A stretch of 64,000 nt of DNA, from assembly GCA_964019335.1 (NCBI GenBank), contig OZ025658.1, positions 434,001 to 498,000 of the forward strand. The letters are read 5' to 3'. Shown here piece by piece: positions 36,020-47,656 of the stretch. Numbering within the stretch: the first letter of the stretch is position 1; the number at the start of each line of letters is the position of its first letter. The stretch is from Diplonema japonicum. Its lineage: Eukaryota > Protista > Euglenozoa: Diplonemea. Made by a program: the position numbers and the translations under genes. The notes under the pieces are model-generated. The model saw only the letters and a program-made list of their open reading frames with translations, was not told the origin of the DNA and did no database searches.

Positions 36020-37636
36020 TTAACTTGTGGTATTAAACCTCATAAGCTCCTCTGACTTGGATCGCTCAAGCCTCCGTTCATATTTTTTCTTCAGTTTCCG
36101 CTTTACTCTCGCCTGTTTTGCCAGGACTTTTTCCCGTTGGTCATGAGAGAGCCTCACCCTATTAAAACCAATCGTTTTCCGTTTTTTGGGTAGCTTGCCA
36201 GTAAGATACTCCCATAAGTAGCTGAAGAGAGTCGAGCTCGCCCCTGGGACCCAGTCGTTGGCCTGAGCACACGTGCTGAGGCATTCTCTGGAAGCTGTTT
36301 CGAGCCTTCCCTGAGAGACGATAAATTCTTTACTTTTATTCACATAATAACCTTTAGGCACCCACGTCGCAAAATCAACGTTATTGCACGCCTGCTGCAT
36401 CACCTTCCCCCACGCAGTGCCCTCCGTGCTGTCACTGTTATTCCAGAATGTCAGTGAAGGCCGGAAGTGTGCAAAGCTGTTGTTCTGCTCAACAAATGAG
36501 ACAATGAAAGCATCCAACCGCGCCACGTAGTCAGCATCTGTGGTGTCTCCTGTGATGAACATCACAAAGCGCTTCATCGGACGCAGCTCATCTAAATAAC
36601 CCAAGTAGCCTCTTGCCTCTGCGCACGAGTCGTCGTTTGTGTAGAAACACGTTCTGCCTTTTCTTACCCAGGTGGAGTACCCTTTCGCCTGCAGCATTCT
36701 GGGAAGTGTTGCGCGCTCCAACTCTGAACTGTTATACTGCCTCCCAAATACAATAAGGACATCAGCCCTCGTGTTTGAGGAAGCAGGAGCGCGCGCCCAG
36801 ATCCCCGTCCGGCTCTCATTTGCCTTCTGCCACGTGATCTTGTTCAAGTAGTAATCGCGGTCGCAAATGGGGGTCGTGATGTCCAACGTTGTGGGCTCCA
36901 AGAAGATGACGTGCCACAAGTACTCGAAAACCCATGCGTTGCTGCGCTCGTCACTGAGCATGAAGGTGTGGAACCGTTGGTACAGCCACGGGGGGTTTTT
37001 ATGTATTAGTGCATCAGAGACAACAAACTGCGCACAACAGTAGTGCAGAAGCGGCCCTGTGATGTTCCCTGCGGGCAAGTCCTTCCCTGCAACATCGTTC
37101 CAAACCTGAACCGGAATGAGCAGGTTCTGCTTCTGGAGCCAAAACTTCGCGATGACATGTCCTTCGATAGGCGTGTAGCGGTGCGTCGATTTCTCGCAGC
37201 GGATAGCTTCCATGATTTCGGCTGTCAGGTTTCGCCGCTGATGGAGGGTGGGGTGACAGTGTCCATGGATAAAGGCAATATGTTTGGCTCTAGGCTTCGC
37301 GGGGTCGGTATCAGATAGGTATTTCATATACCCCCAATTTTCCCTACAGTTTCTTGGGTCGCTCGTGGTGCAGGGCTTGCTGTGTCGCCAGACCACGAAA
37401 CCTTCTTCGACAAGCGTACTGGTGCAGGTGTCTTGGAAGCCACCGATCACTATCAGTACTTTTCCAACATGCGATCCATTGTGCTTCCATGACCAGTTCC
37501 CATGGCTATTGCTTCCCGTGTAAATGTTACTTCTGGAATCATAGAAGACGAGGGTAGGAGAACCACCAGGTGCAGTGATGATATTGATGCTAAGTAACAA
37601 GAGGCTTGCAAATATCAGGTACAGCCGCAAATCCAT
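36020..37636 (-). CDS. Type II membrane protein with tandem DUF3431-like domains (second degenerate)
   Basis: FIHGH, CCAQFVVS and FEYLWHVIF motifs; second copy EARGYLGYL...EFIVS...FSYLWEYL. Confidence 0.7.
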   Translation of the reverse strand: MDLRLYLIFASLLLLSINIITAPGGSPTLVFYDSRSNIYTGSNSHGNWSWKHNGSHVGKVLIVIGGFQDTCTSTLVEEGFVVWRHSKPCTTSDPRNCRENWGYMKYLSDTDPAKPRAKHIAFIHGHCHPTLHQRRNLTAEIMEAIRCEKSTHRYTPIEGHVIAKFWLQKQNLLIPVQVWNDVAGKDLPAGNITGPLLHYCCAQFVVSDALIHKNPPWLYQRFHTFMLSDERSNAWVFEYLWHVIFLEPTTLDITTPICDRDYYLNKITWQKANESRTGIWARAPASSNTRADVLIVFGRQYNSSELERATLPRMLQAKGYSTWVRKGRTCFYTNDDSCAEARGYLGYLDELRPMKRFVMFITGDTTDADYVARLDAFIVSFVEQNNSFAHFRPSLTFWNNSDSTEGTAWGKVMQQACNNVDFATWVPKGYYVNKSKEFIVSQGRLETASRECLSTCAQANDWVPGASSTLFSYLWEYLTGKLPKKRKTIGFNRVRLSHDQREKVLAKQARVKRKLKKKYERRLERSKSEELMRFNTTS

Positions 37637-37822
37637 GTGTAACTATGATACAGTAGCATACGTTGGGAGGAAGACCTTAGAAAAACGTTGAAATAAAAAA
37701 TATGTTAATTCCCCTTTCACCACTCGCACGAATAGCCTCGTTACTACTAGACTGGAAGCGCGCACCTTGCAGTAGTCTCCTTCATTACCCTGAAGAATAG
37801 TCCCTTGACTATCAAAGTTAGA

Positions 37823-39082
37823 TCACAGATGGCTCTCGGGGTATGCCTTGCGGTAAATGGTTACAACAGCAGCCGATGCCCAACCATAATTATGCTGTAA
37901 ACCCACTTGAGCACCATCCACCTGACGCATGCCTCCTTGATTCCGAAGCTGGAGATTGAGTTCAACCATCTGAGCCAGCCCTGTAGCCCCAGTGGGATGG
38001 CCTTTCGATTCGAGACCACCAGAGGGGTTAACTACCCAGGAACCCATCCTGAACAGTTTACCACCTGCCTTATTGGTGATCCAGTGGCCGTTGTCCACAA
38101 GCTTTCCTGCCTCGCCCTTAGCTGCCATTCCAAGTGCTTCATAAGTGACCAGCTCGTTGGAGGCAAAAGCATCATGGATCTCATACACATCAATATCCCT
38201 GGGTGCCATGCCCGCCTCCCTAAAAGCCTGGTTTGCTGCCCTAGCACTCAAGTCGTACCCACAGAGGTTCTTTGTCCCCGCCTTAGGGTCGAAGGTGGCT
38301 GCTGTGTCGCTGGTCATAGCACAGGCCACAAGCTCGACTGCATTCGCTTGCAGGTTGTGCTTCCTGACGAAAGCCTCGTCAACCAGTATGGCAGCTGCAG
38401 CACCCGACGCCATCGGGGCAGCCATGGCCGTAGTTAGCGGCGGGAAGAGAGGTCGTGCGGTCTTGATCTTGTCTAGAGGTATTTCCTTCTTGTTCATGGC
38501 GAAGGGAGAATACTTAGAATGCGCATGGTTCTTGTAAGCAACCTTGGCGACCTGGTCCACGGTAATGTTGTGCTCGGTCATGAACTCCTTTGCGTTTGCG
38601 GCATACACCTTCAGGATGTTCTCCGTCACCTCAGGGAGCATTTTAATAAATCGCTTCTGGGGAATGCCTGCGGCCCACATGGCATCGAAGTGCCTTTGTG
38701 CCGGGTGCGTTCTGTCGTCGAAGAGAACCTTCAAACCGGCAGACATCTGTTCAAACCCTACAGCCAAAACGCACGAGGCACCACCTTCGACGAGCCTCTT
38801 AGCTGTGTACAGGCAAGTAGATCCAGTTGCGCAGTTGTTATTTACATTCATAACTGGGATCCCTGTAAGCCCTACCTTGTAGCATGCCGCCTGCCCGCTA
38901 GTGCTATCTCCATAGACAAATCCACACACAGCTTCTTGCACCGCGCCATACTCAAGTCCTGCATCCTTCAGAGCCATGATGATGGCTTCACTTCCCAAGT
39001 CCGAATATTCTTTCTTCCCTTTTCCCGCAGGTGTGAAGGGTGTGTGACCAACCCCAACAGCATACACTTTGCGATTTGTCAT
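37823..39082 (-). CDS. SCP2/SCPx-type thiolase with C-terminal PTS1 (SHL), probably peroxisomal
   Basis: NVNNNCATGST, HDAFASNE, NPSGGLESKGHPTGATG, GLQHN; ends in SHL. Confidence 0.9.
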   Translation of the reverse strand: MTNRKVYAVGVGHTPFTPAGKGKKEYSDLGSEAIIMALKDAGLEYGAVQEAVCGFVYGDSTSGQAACYKVGLTGIPVMNVNNNCATGSTCLYTAKRLVEGGASCVLAVGFEQMSAGLKVLFDDRTHPAQRHFDAMWAAGIPQKRFIKMLPEVTENILKVYAANAKEFMTEHNITVDQVAKVAYKNHAHSKYSPFAMNKKEIPLDKIKTARPLFPPLTTAMAAPMASGAAAAILVDEAFVRKHNLQANAVELVACAMTSDTAATFDPKAGTKNLCGYDLSARAANQAFREAGMAPRDIDVYEIHDAFASNELVTYEALGMAAKGEAGKLVDNGHWITNKAGGKLFRMGSWVVNPSGGLESKGHPTGATGLAQMVELNLQLRNQGGMRQVDGAQVGLQHNYGWASAAVVTIYRKAYPESHL

Positions 39083-39887
39083 GTTACGAAGATACCTGTG
39101 AAACAAAATGCTGAGATTAGTAACAAAGAATAATAAGAACGCGCGCAAATGTTGGGAGAGGCTGGTCTCTTGTTTATCTTGTCTCGGCCGACATGCTTGC
39201 ACATGATGGTTCTTTCGGCATACTGCTGTGGCAAAATGAAATTACTGTAAAGCGAAAAAATCCGGACGGAAAATGGACTAAAAACCAACCATAAAAAAAC
39301 CAATAAGAAACATGAAATAAGTATAACTGGACTGACGAGGTCACGGGGTGTCTGGCCCGATCTTGGATTTCATCAAAAAAACCGCTTTGTGTCTCTGCCC
39401 AAAAGACCATTTGACAATAGTGTAGACTGGGGAAATTGGTACAGACAGGGTAAGTGCCCTGCCTACCTTTGGCAGCCAGTCGGTATTCACTTTACAGTAA
39501 TTATGTATTCCAGGAGACGTCTTGTGCTGAAGAAATGGAACTTCATTTTGCACTACATATCTCTAAAACCAGTCAAGATACGGAGAATGACAATCAATCT
39601 GCGTAGCCTCTTTAGAGGTCCCTCCTCCTAACTTTGCTTGACGGGGTTTAGAGATATGCAGTGTTAGCAAATTGTACTAGCAAGAGGAACTAAAGACTCG
39701 ACGTGACAAGCACGTCAAAGATAAGGATTTTAAATAAGAAAAACGAACGCACGCAGAAGCACAGCTTTCTGAGCGAGCTGTGATCTCGCAAAAACGAAGT
39801 AACAAGCGGTCTGGAATAACTTCCCTTGCTTGTGCCCAGGCCAACACGCCACAATATTCCACAGTCAAGAGAATGCAGTAAACGTTA

Positions 39888-41306
39888 TTATTCGAGCTTA
39901 TGTGTCTTTCTTGCCAACGCTTGGCATGCCAGCTCTTGATCCCAAAGCACCCACACCCTCCCAATGACTTCTTCTTCCTCAGCTATCATAAGTTCCCGTG
40001 ATGCACTGAAGGCTGCCACAGCGTCATACAAACCTTGCCGCTCGCTCAAAGCAGCATCAAATACCCAATTAAGAAGTTTCGCCTGAAGTACAAGACCTGC
40101 CTCATCACTCTTTCTTAAGCTCTTCTCAAAGAGTGTTTCAATTGCCTTTCTCGCTTCCGCTTCTTGAACAGCCACAAGCATCGCTTGTACCTCCTGCCTT
40201 GCTTCTAACATTGCGCAGAACGTCATCCTCCGAACTATTTTTTCGCGTGAGTGCAACTCGTGCTGTGCTGCCTCTTTCAAGGGCAACGTGTAGCCCTGTG
40301 AGGCCAGAAGGATGTCTTGATGAAACTCATGCTGAGAGGTTAAGTGAGTATCTACAAACGAAACAAGAGATTCTTTTTGTCTCTCTCTTTTAAAGTGCAG
40401 ATAGTAGCGTGATGTGTAACGTGCCCTCTCTGCATTAGCTGCTATCTCTATCGCTTTTCTTTTATTTGACTCAAGAATGTTCTCAATGTGTTCGCGTTCC
40501 CAAAGCCCCACAGTGTTGTTTACAGCCTTCATCACCTGACTATTCCATACCGCTTTCAGCAGTACTGTCCAAAAGGACGCCTGCACTCTTGTCCTGGCTA
40601 GCCTCTCGCACCTTATGTGGTACCCTCTCTCGGTAATCTCTTCGGAAGTAAGAAGTATATAACAAACGGGAGGCCTGCATGTCAGAGTTTTTATTTCACC
40701 TTCTTCTTCTTGCAGGATTTCCATTCTTTCCTTACTCTCCAGTGTAGCTAGTGTCGCATGCCTTGCTTCTTCGTGGTCCCTCTTCAGAGTTTGATACGCG
40801 CTTTTCTCGTCAACATTAATATAGAGCCGCCTAGACCTCTCCTCAGACACCACAGCCCGCCTCTCATCTGCATGATCGAAGTGCAGAAGGTTCCTGTGCA
40901 TGGTTTCTCGGCGCTCTGTATCTGCTACTACTGACTCAAGATGCAAAACTCTCGTAGGAGGCACCGGTGGGAGAAGGATGACCTCAGTACGAAGTTCTTG
41001 TGGTGGGTTTGGCTTTGGGCTCTCAACCTGTCGATGGCGCTCAAAGGCAGGTGACAACACAGGAAGACTACTGGCTTCTGTTTTCCTCTCACTATCGCAA
41101 CTCCCAATCGAGTCCCATCCAGGAGACTTTCTGGGTGACCTCTTCACAGGCACTTGTCTCCTCACCCATTTCGCCCCTGCTCTTCTACTACTCCCTTTTG
41201 TATGTGCCAAGTACCCTCTCCCTTCTATGTCCTTCTTCGGGCTGTTCCCCTTCACTGTGTGCACATCAATAGGATGAAGTGTCCCACGAACTGCATTTGC
41301 ATCCAT
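39888..41306 (-). CDS. Hypothetical helical protein with E-x3-R repeats
   Basis: 472-aa ORF with repeated E...R..I...E pattern. Confidence 0.65.
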   Translation of the reverse strand: MDANAVRGTLHPIDVHTVKGNSPKKDIEGRGYLAHTKGSSRRAGAKWVRRQVPVKRSPRKSPGWDSIGSCDSERKTEASSLPVLSPAFERHRQVESPKPNPPQELRTEVILLPPVPPTRVLHLESVVADTERRETMHRNLLHFDHADERRAVVSEERSRRLYINVDEKSAYQTLKRDHEEARHATLATLESKERMEILQEEEGEIKTLTCRPPVCYILLTSEEITERGYHIRCERLARTRVQASFWTVLLKAVWNSQVMKAVNNTVGLWEREHIENILESNKRKAIEIAANAERARYTSRYYLHFKRERQKESLVSFVDTHLTSQHEFHQDILLASQGYTLPLKEAAQHELHSREKIVRRMTFCAMLEARQEVQAMLVAVQEAEARKAIETLFEKSLRKSDEAGLVLQAKLLNWVFDAALSERQGLYDAVAAFSASRELMIAEEEEVIGRVWVLWDQELACQALARKTHKLE

Positions 41307-41392
41307 CTTTGCAATCCACCTTTAGAATGTCAAGTGGTAGTAAAAAAAAGAAGATAGAATAAAACTTTTGTGTAAATATACATGAAGTGTGC

Positions 41393-41980
41393 TTAGTTCT
41401 TTTCAAGCATTTCTTGCTTTTCTTCATCGGTCTGGCTTACAGACGGTTTGGACTTCAGCCGTCGGTGACAGTTTCCAGCACAAGAGCCACCATACCCACC
41501 GCAACCCGCTGCCGCTGCCACACCACACAAAGGTGCAGCCTGGCAAGAGAGTTCACGAACTACAAGGGTTTGCACTAAAATATTAGAAGGAGCACCACAG
41601 ATAGGGAGACACAAATCCACACAGTACACAGAAGCTGTGGCTCCTGCGACTGTACCGAAACAACATGCACCAGCTGTCCTGCTAGCCTGCTCCTCTTCGT
41701 CACACACATCACCAAGATCAAGTGTATTTTCTCTTTCCTGTTCTTCGAATTGTTCATTGGCCTTGATCACAGCTCCCACACCCATGACAACACCCACAGG
41801 TGCACCCACAGCTGCTCCCAGGAGTCCAGCCCACATGTATGCCGCTCCATGGTATCCAACAGCTTTGATAGATGCCATGATGGTTCCATTGATGATGGTC
41901 TCAACTACAATCCTGTGCAGCAGATGTGCCCCTACAGCCTTACCAGTAGCACCTTTTGCAGCAAGAGCACCTGCAGGCAT
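41393..41980 (-). CDS. Small Gly/Ala-rich membrane protein (glycine-zipper-like); first gene of the minus-strand cluster
   Basis: 195-aa ORF containing AGLLGAAVGAPVGVVMGVGA. Confidence 0.55.
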   Translation of the reverse strand: MPAGALAAKGATGKAVGAHLLHRIVVETIINGTIMASIKAVGYHGAAYMWAGLLGAAVGAPVGVVMGVGAVIKANEQFEEQERENTLDLGDVCDEEEQASRTAGACCFGTVAGATASVYCVDLCLPICGAPSNILVQTLVVRELSCQAAPLCGVAAAAGCGGYGGSCAGNCHRRLKSKPSVSQTDEEKQEMLEKN

Positions 41981-42029
41981 AATAAGAATCTGTGAAGGTG
42001 GCCTTTTGTATACTCATAACAGGGAAAAT

Positions 42030-42744
42030 AATAGCTACTACTGCCAACAAGTAATGACTTTACCGTTACCTCGAGGTTCCGCATTTTACCGTCGAGGGCC
42101 TGCAGGGCCCGAGATGGTAAAATGCGGAACCGAGAGGTCGGTAAAGCATTACTTGGTGGTAGGTAAGTGGTTTTATTTCACGACACTCAGAAATTACTTC
42201 ACCACGAGGGGCACAACGGGGTGACAAGGGGTACAACAAGAGAGGGGTTACAAAGGTTACAATACAAGTTGTTTTCCCTCCTTTTGTTGACTAAGAGCTG
42301 CCGCTGTTGCTGGCATTGCCACTGTCACCATCTCTAATCAGGCCTTCCCATACCTGGCGCGGCCGCTGGCTCCTTTTTTTCTGCTGCTTCGGTATTTTGA
42401 AGTCTTTTGGGGAGCTTGGGTAAGCTGACTAAGTTACCCTTACCCACAGAAGAGTTACCCCCAGAAACTGGGAACAAGGCCTAGCCAAAAGTGGGCAAAT
42501 TGGGAGGAAAAAGTAGCCCAACTTGGAACTGAGCCGAGGCAAAAGTTGGCCAATTGAGCTGAACCTGGGGAAAAAGTAGCCCCACTGGGAACCGAACCGA
42601 GGCAAAAATTGGCCTACTGAGGCATATTATTAACGGAAACCCCCTATTACTTCACGGAAAACAGACCATTATTTCACCATGAAGTAATGAGATTTAGCAT
42701 GAAGTAATGGGGCCCCCCAGTGTGTGAAGTAATTTCTGAAGAGT
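42030..42744. mobile_element. Family A element, copy 2 (inverted relative to 2375-3049), including nested foldback at ~42040-42163
   Basis: Reverse complement of copy 1: CACTCAGAAATTACTTCAC at 42184 and GTGAAGTAATTTCTGAAGAGT ending at 42744. Confidence 0.8.
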
Positions 42745-43082
42745 CGGATCCAGCGTGAATTTCGACCCAATTATGCCAGACTGACTGGACTGACCAGACT
42801 GACCAGACTGGACTGGACCGGACTGGACTGGACCGGACTGGACTGGACTGGACTGGACCGGACCAGACTGGACTGGACTGGACCAGACCGGACTGGACTG
42901 GACTGGACCAGACCAGACTGGACTGGACTGGACTGGACTGGACCGGACAAGATACAACCACAACACCACATCCCCCCCTTTTTTTTTTGCTGCAGAGTTC
43001 AAACGTATAAACAGATGTCTACAAGAAAAGATGTTACACAGGTACTGAGAGACGACAACAACAACAACAACGAGAAACGAAG

Positions 43083-43113
<31 letters not shown>

Positions 43114-44423
43114 CTTCTTTTTCAGGTGGTGGGGATAACATGAAAATATAAAAAAAACATCAGATGTGTTCGCTGTTGACCTCCTCATCGGTCATCACTG
43201 AGCAAACCGCATGAGTGCAGAATCTTGATTACCTGGGGCGCCCTGGCTAGGGTTGAGCTGAACACCACACACATTAAGGACACGACACGGAACACAGAAG
43301 AAGCTACAACTCAGCCGCGGTGATTAAGGACACGATGCAGAACGCAGAAGGTGGTGGGGATAGCATGAAAAAACATCAGATGTGTTGTTCGCTGTTGACC
43401 TCCTCATCGGTCATCACCGGTAGCTCCCGAGTGGAAGAACATAATGCAGATGCTGAGGGTGACAAACAGGCAGCAAACTGCACAAGCGCCGAATCTTGGT
43501 TACCTGGGACACTCCGGCTGGGGTTGAGCTGTACACCACACACATTAAAGACATGACACGGAATGCAGAAGAAGCTACAACTCGGTTGCGGTGTGCCCCC
43601 TGTAATCAAGTAGACAGTTCTTGTGCAGGGCGCCACCAACACCGGCCTCTTTTAACTCATATATATATCATTCAGGTGGTGGAGATAACATGGAAATATA
43701 AGAAGTACATCAGATGTGTTGTTCGCTGTTGACCTCCACGTTGGTCATCACTGGTAGTGCCCGAGTGGAGGAACGTATTGCAGATGCTCTGGTGTTGAGC
43801 TGCACACTGCACACATTAAGGACACGACACGGAATATTGTGCTGTCAGTGTTGGGTGATATAGTCACCACTTTCGACCTTGATGATGCAAAGAGGAAAAA
43901 AAAAAGGGGGGGGGAGAAAGAAAAAAAAAATAGGTTAGGAATTCCCTGTCTGCCAAGTTCCGGTTCCACCATTCCACCAAGTTCCGACTTTTCAGTTTGG
44001 TGGAAGGGAATGGAATGACCCACCCCTGCATGAGCAGAATCTTGGTTACCTGGGACGCCCTGGCTGGGGTTGAACTGAACACCGCACACATTAAGGACAC
44101 GACGCAGAACGCAGTTCTGCGTTCCACATCGATCACCACAGCTGGGTTACATCCAAATACAACATTTCCGGACATATGTACATACCTGCAGCTGCAGTGC
44201 ACTGGAGTAGATAGGTGCAAATGGCTTGATGGAGCTGTGCATGTCTGCGGTACAAAGAAGAAGAAGAAGAAAAAAAAAAAATCATTGTCCAAAAATATTT
44301 GAAAAAAGAGTGTTTGCAGGTGTGTCAAAAATTGCAGAAAATTTTCGAGTCTGGTCAGTCTGGCCAATCTGGTCAGTCTGGTAAAATGGGTACACCAGAC
44401 CAGACTGGATTCACCCATCACTG
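42745..44423 (+). mobile_element. Composite hAT-like non-autonomous element (family C) carrying family B copies; left terminus replaced by family A
   Basis: Right terminus GATTCACCCATCACTG at 44408-44423. An intact left end CAGTGATGGGTGAATC followed by the same sequence is at 47657. CAG termini with subterminal repeats resemble hAT elements. Confidence 0.55.
42775..42946. repeat. (GGACT/GGACC)n pentamer array, subterminal repeat of family C element
   Basis: Tandem ggact/ggacc/agact units; related arrays at ~44350-44408, 44750-44828, 47680-47815 and 48125-48203. Confidence 0.9.
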
Positions 44424-44735
44424 GTAGGAGAAAGGGAAACAGAAATCTAAGAGTCAAAAAAAAAAAGAAGAACACAAGCAAATCATAGCTTGCTTATCAT
44501 AGTTTTTAACAGGTGCTTCCCCACCTTTTGGGGAGGGCCGAAATTAAATCTTGCACATTTGTGACACAAAAACGCAAAAAAACCACCTTAACCCAGTGTT
44601 GGGTATGACCCCATGGAACAAAAATGGAACAACACAGAACATGGAACAAATTCCCATGGGTTTGGACAGAACACAGAACAACATGGAACAAGGGGACAAG
44701 GAAGGGAACAGGATGGAATGGGATGGAACAAGAGC

Positions 44736-46050
44736 AGTGATGGGTGAATCTGGTCTGGTCCGGTGTACCCATTTTACCAGACTGACTGGACTGACCGGAT
44801 TGGCTGGACTGACCAGACTGACCAGACTCAAAAATTTTCTGCAATTTTTGACACACCTGCAAACACTTTTTTTTCAAATATTTTTGGACAATGATTTTTT
44901 TTTTTTTTTCTTTTTCTTCTTCTTCATACCACAGACATGCACAGCTCCATCAAGCCATTTGCACCTATCTACTCTGGTGCACTGCAGCTGCAGGTATGTA
45001 CAAATGTCCAGAAATGTTGTATTTGGATGTAATACAACCTGGCTGTGGTGATCGATGTGGAACACAGAAGAAGCTACAACCCGGCCATGGTGAGAGATAT
45101 ATGAGTTAAAGGACCTGCACAAGACTACTTGATTACAGGGGGTACACCACAGCCGAGTTGTAGCTTCTTCTGCGTTCCGTGTCATGTCCTTAATGTGTGT
45201 GGTGTTCAGCTCAACCCCAGCCGGGGCATCCTGGGTAACCAAGATTCTGCTTGTGCAGGATTGGGTCGTTCCATTCCCTTCTGCCAAACTGAAAGTCGGA
45301 ACTTGGCAGAATGGCAGAACCGGAACTTGGTGGAACAGGGAATTCCTTACTTTTTTTTTTTGTTTTAACAATATTATTGTTGAGACTAAAAACTAGTTGA
45401 TGGCAGTGTAATGAGCTATTTTATTAGGTAAAATTCCGCTCATGCACACAAACAAATGGAGTGTCAAACTAGTTTTTTTTTTTCCCCCCCCTTTTTTTTT
45501 CCTCTTTGCATCATCAAGGTTGAAAGTGGTGACTATATCACCCAACACTGACAGCACAATATTCCATGTTGTGTCCTTAATGTGTGCAGTGTGCAGCTCA
45601 ACACCAGCCATGGCCCTGGTAACTAAGATTCTGGGCCTGTGTAGTTTGCTGCCAGTTCATCACCCTGAGCATCTGCAATACGTTCCTCCACTCGGGCACA
45701 ACCAGTGATGACCAACATGGAGGTCAACAGTGAACAACACATCTGATGTACTTCTTATATTTCCATGTTATCTCCACCACCAGAATGATATATATGAGTT
45801 AAAAGAGGCTGGTGTTGGTGGTGCCCTGCACAAGAACTGTCTGCTTGATTACAGGGGTGCACTGCAACCGAGTTGTAGCTTCTTCTGCATTCCATGTCAT
45901 GTCTTTAATGTGTGTGGTGTAGTTTACTGCCTTGTCACCCTAAGCATCTGCATTATGTTCTTCCACTCGGGAGCTACTGGTGATGACCAATGAGGAGGTC
46001 AACAGTGAACAACACATCTGATGTTTTTTCATGCTATCCCCACCACCTTT
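44736..46050 (-). mobile_element. Inverted copy of family C/B composite
   Basis: Starts CAGTGATGGGTGAATC; block-wise reverse complement of ~43349-44423. Confidence 0.65.
45391..45474. repeat. Short AACTAGTT-bounded repeat; empty-site homologue of the piggyBac insertion locus
   Basis: aactagttgatggcagtg...ttttaTTAGgtaaaa...atgcac...aaactagtt matches 60491-60530 joined to 62301-62355. Confidence 0.7.
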
Positions 46051-47656
46051 GGAATAATATACAAGAGTTAAAGGAGGCTGGTGTTGGCAGTGCCCTGCAC
46101 AAGAACTGTCTACTTGGATGGACCCACCCTGACAGCCAGAGACATCACAATGGGAACAGAGAACAAAGAAAGGAAATAGTGTGAGAATTGAAATAATTAA
46201 TGGGATGAACAGGACAAATGAGAAAAGAAAAAGAAAAGGGAACAGGTTCAACAGAGACAACAAATATGCACCTATGCAGAAGGGCTGCTGCATGCCTGAA
46301 AGACAGAGCTGGTAGACTTTAGTGGGGCACTGTCCTCTTCCACTAGCTAGGCTGACAAAACTTTGCAGCAAGAAAGACAAAGCCTGGAAATGAGAAGGAT
46401 GAGAGGGCATACTGTTTCTCCATGGATCAACACCCATAAAGTAAGGCTGGAATTGGGTTAGGCAAGGGGTGCTAAGGTCATAAGAGTCTGTGGCTTGGGG
46501 GACAAAACAGGCTATAACTGAACAGTTGGCTGTTTCCTTGGCTGGATGGGTTGCACTGCAACTTAAATACAAAGGCAAAGCAGAAATGCAACTGGAAATA
46601 TATGAGTTAAAGGAGGCTGGTGTTGGCAGCACCCTGCACAAGAACTGTCTACTTGATTACAGGGGGCACACCACAGCCAAGTTGTAGCTTCTTCTGCATT
46701 CTGCATCATTTCCTTAATGCATGCAGATTGCAACTCAACCACAGCCATGGTGCCCCTGTAATGGAGGTCAACAGTGAACAACGCATCTGATATACTTTTT
46801 ATATTTCCATATTTCTGTGATCCCCACCACCAAATAACATGAAAGAGGTAAGTTCTGCATTGTGTTCTTAATGCAGTGTGCAATGGACATGGTGGAACTG
46901 GTGGAACATGGTGAAACTGGCAGAACATGGTGGAACTCCCCAAAGACAAACAGCTTGGGCAGGAAAGCCAAAGTCTGCATCAATCGACTGAAGACAGGAC
47001 ACCACCCACTGAAGGACTACCATGAGGGTCCAAAGCATTTTTTTTTTTCTAGGGACCCTCACACATTTAGCACCCTCACAGACTTTCTTGGAAATTTTTG
47101 GCCAAAAAAAATTTTTTTTTTTCCCAGGGGACCCCAAACTTGGGGTCACTTTGGCAATTTTTGACCCCAAAATTTTTTTTCTGGAAAAAGCCAGAAATCA
47201 TGAAATTTATATTAAAAACACCTTATAAACCCATTTCTGCAAACCAAAAAGTTCAGAAAGGTGTTTAGGTGGAATACACATCTCTAAACTATATTCTGAA
47301 GTAAAAAGTAAGTAAAAATCCGAAAATCTCAGGGGGGTAACTCATCCTCATGACAACACTGGGAGGGCAAAAAATAATTTTTTTTTGAACACCCAATTTG
47401 GTCCTGAAAATGGAATTCTGAACAGCCAATGGAAAGTTTTAACCCCACTTGGACTGAAAGTTTTTTTTTCAAAAATCACTTTAGGAATTTTCCTTAGGGT
47501 CTAAATGGCCACCTGAAAATCACAAAATCAAGCTTCATTTTAGAATGGTATTTTTGGAATTTTGGCCTAATTTTGGGTGATGATAAGTAAAATTCCCCTT
47601 GAAGTAGGTTTCCCAGCTGTGGTTACCTAATCAAAATTTTTTTTCCTTCAAGGAAC

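Noticed and set aside
42775-42946. GGACT arrays as a CRISPR array or telomeric repeat
   Set aside because: Pure pentamer microsatellite with no spacers and no cas genes; tied to transposon-like ends.
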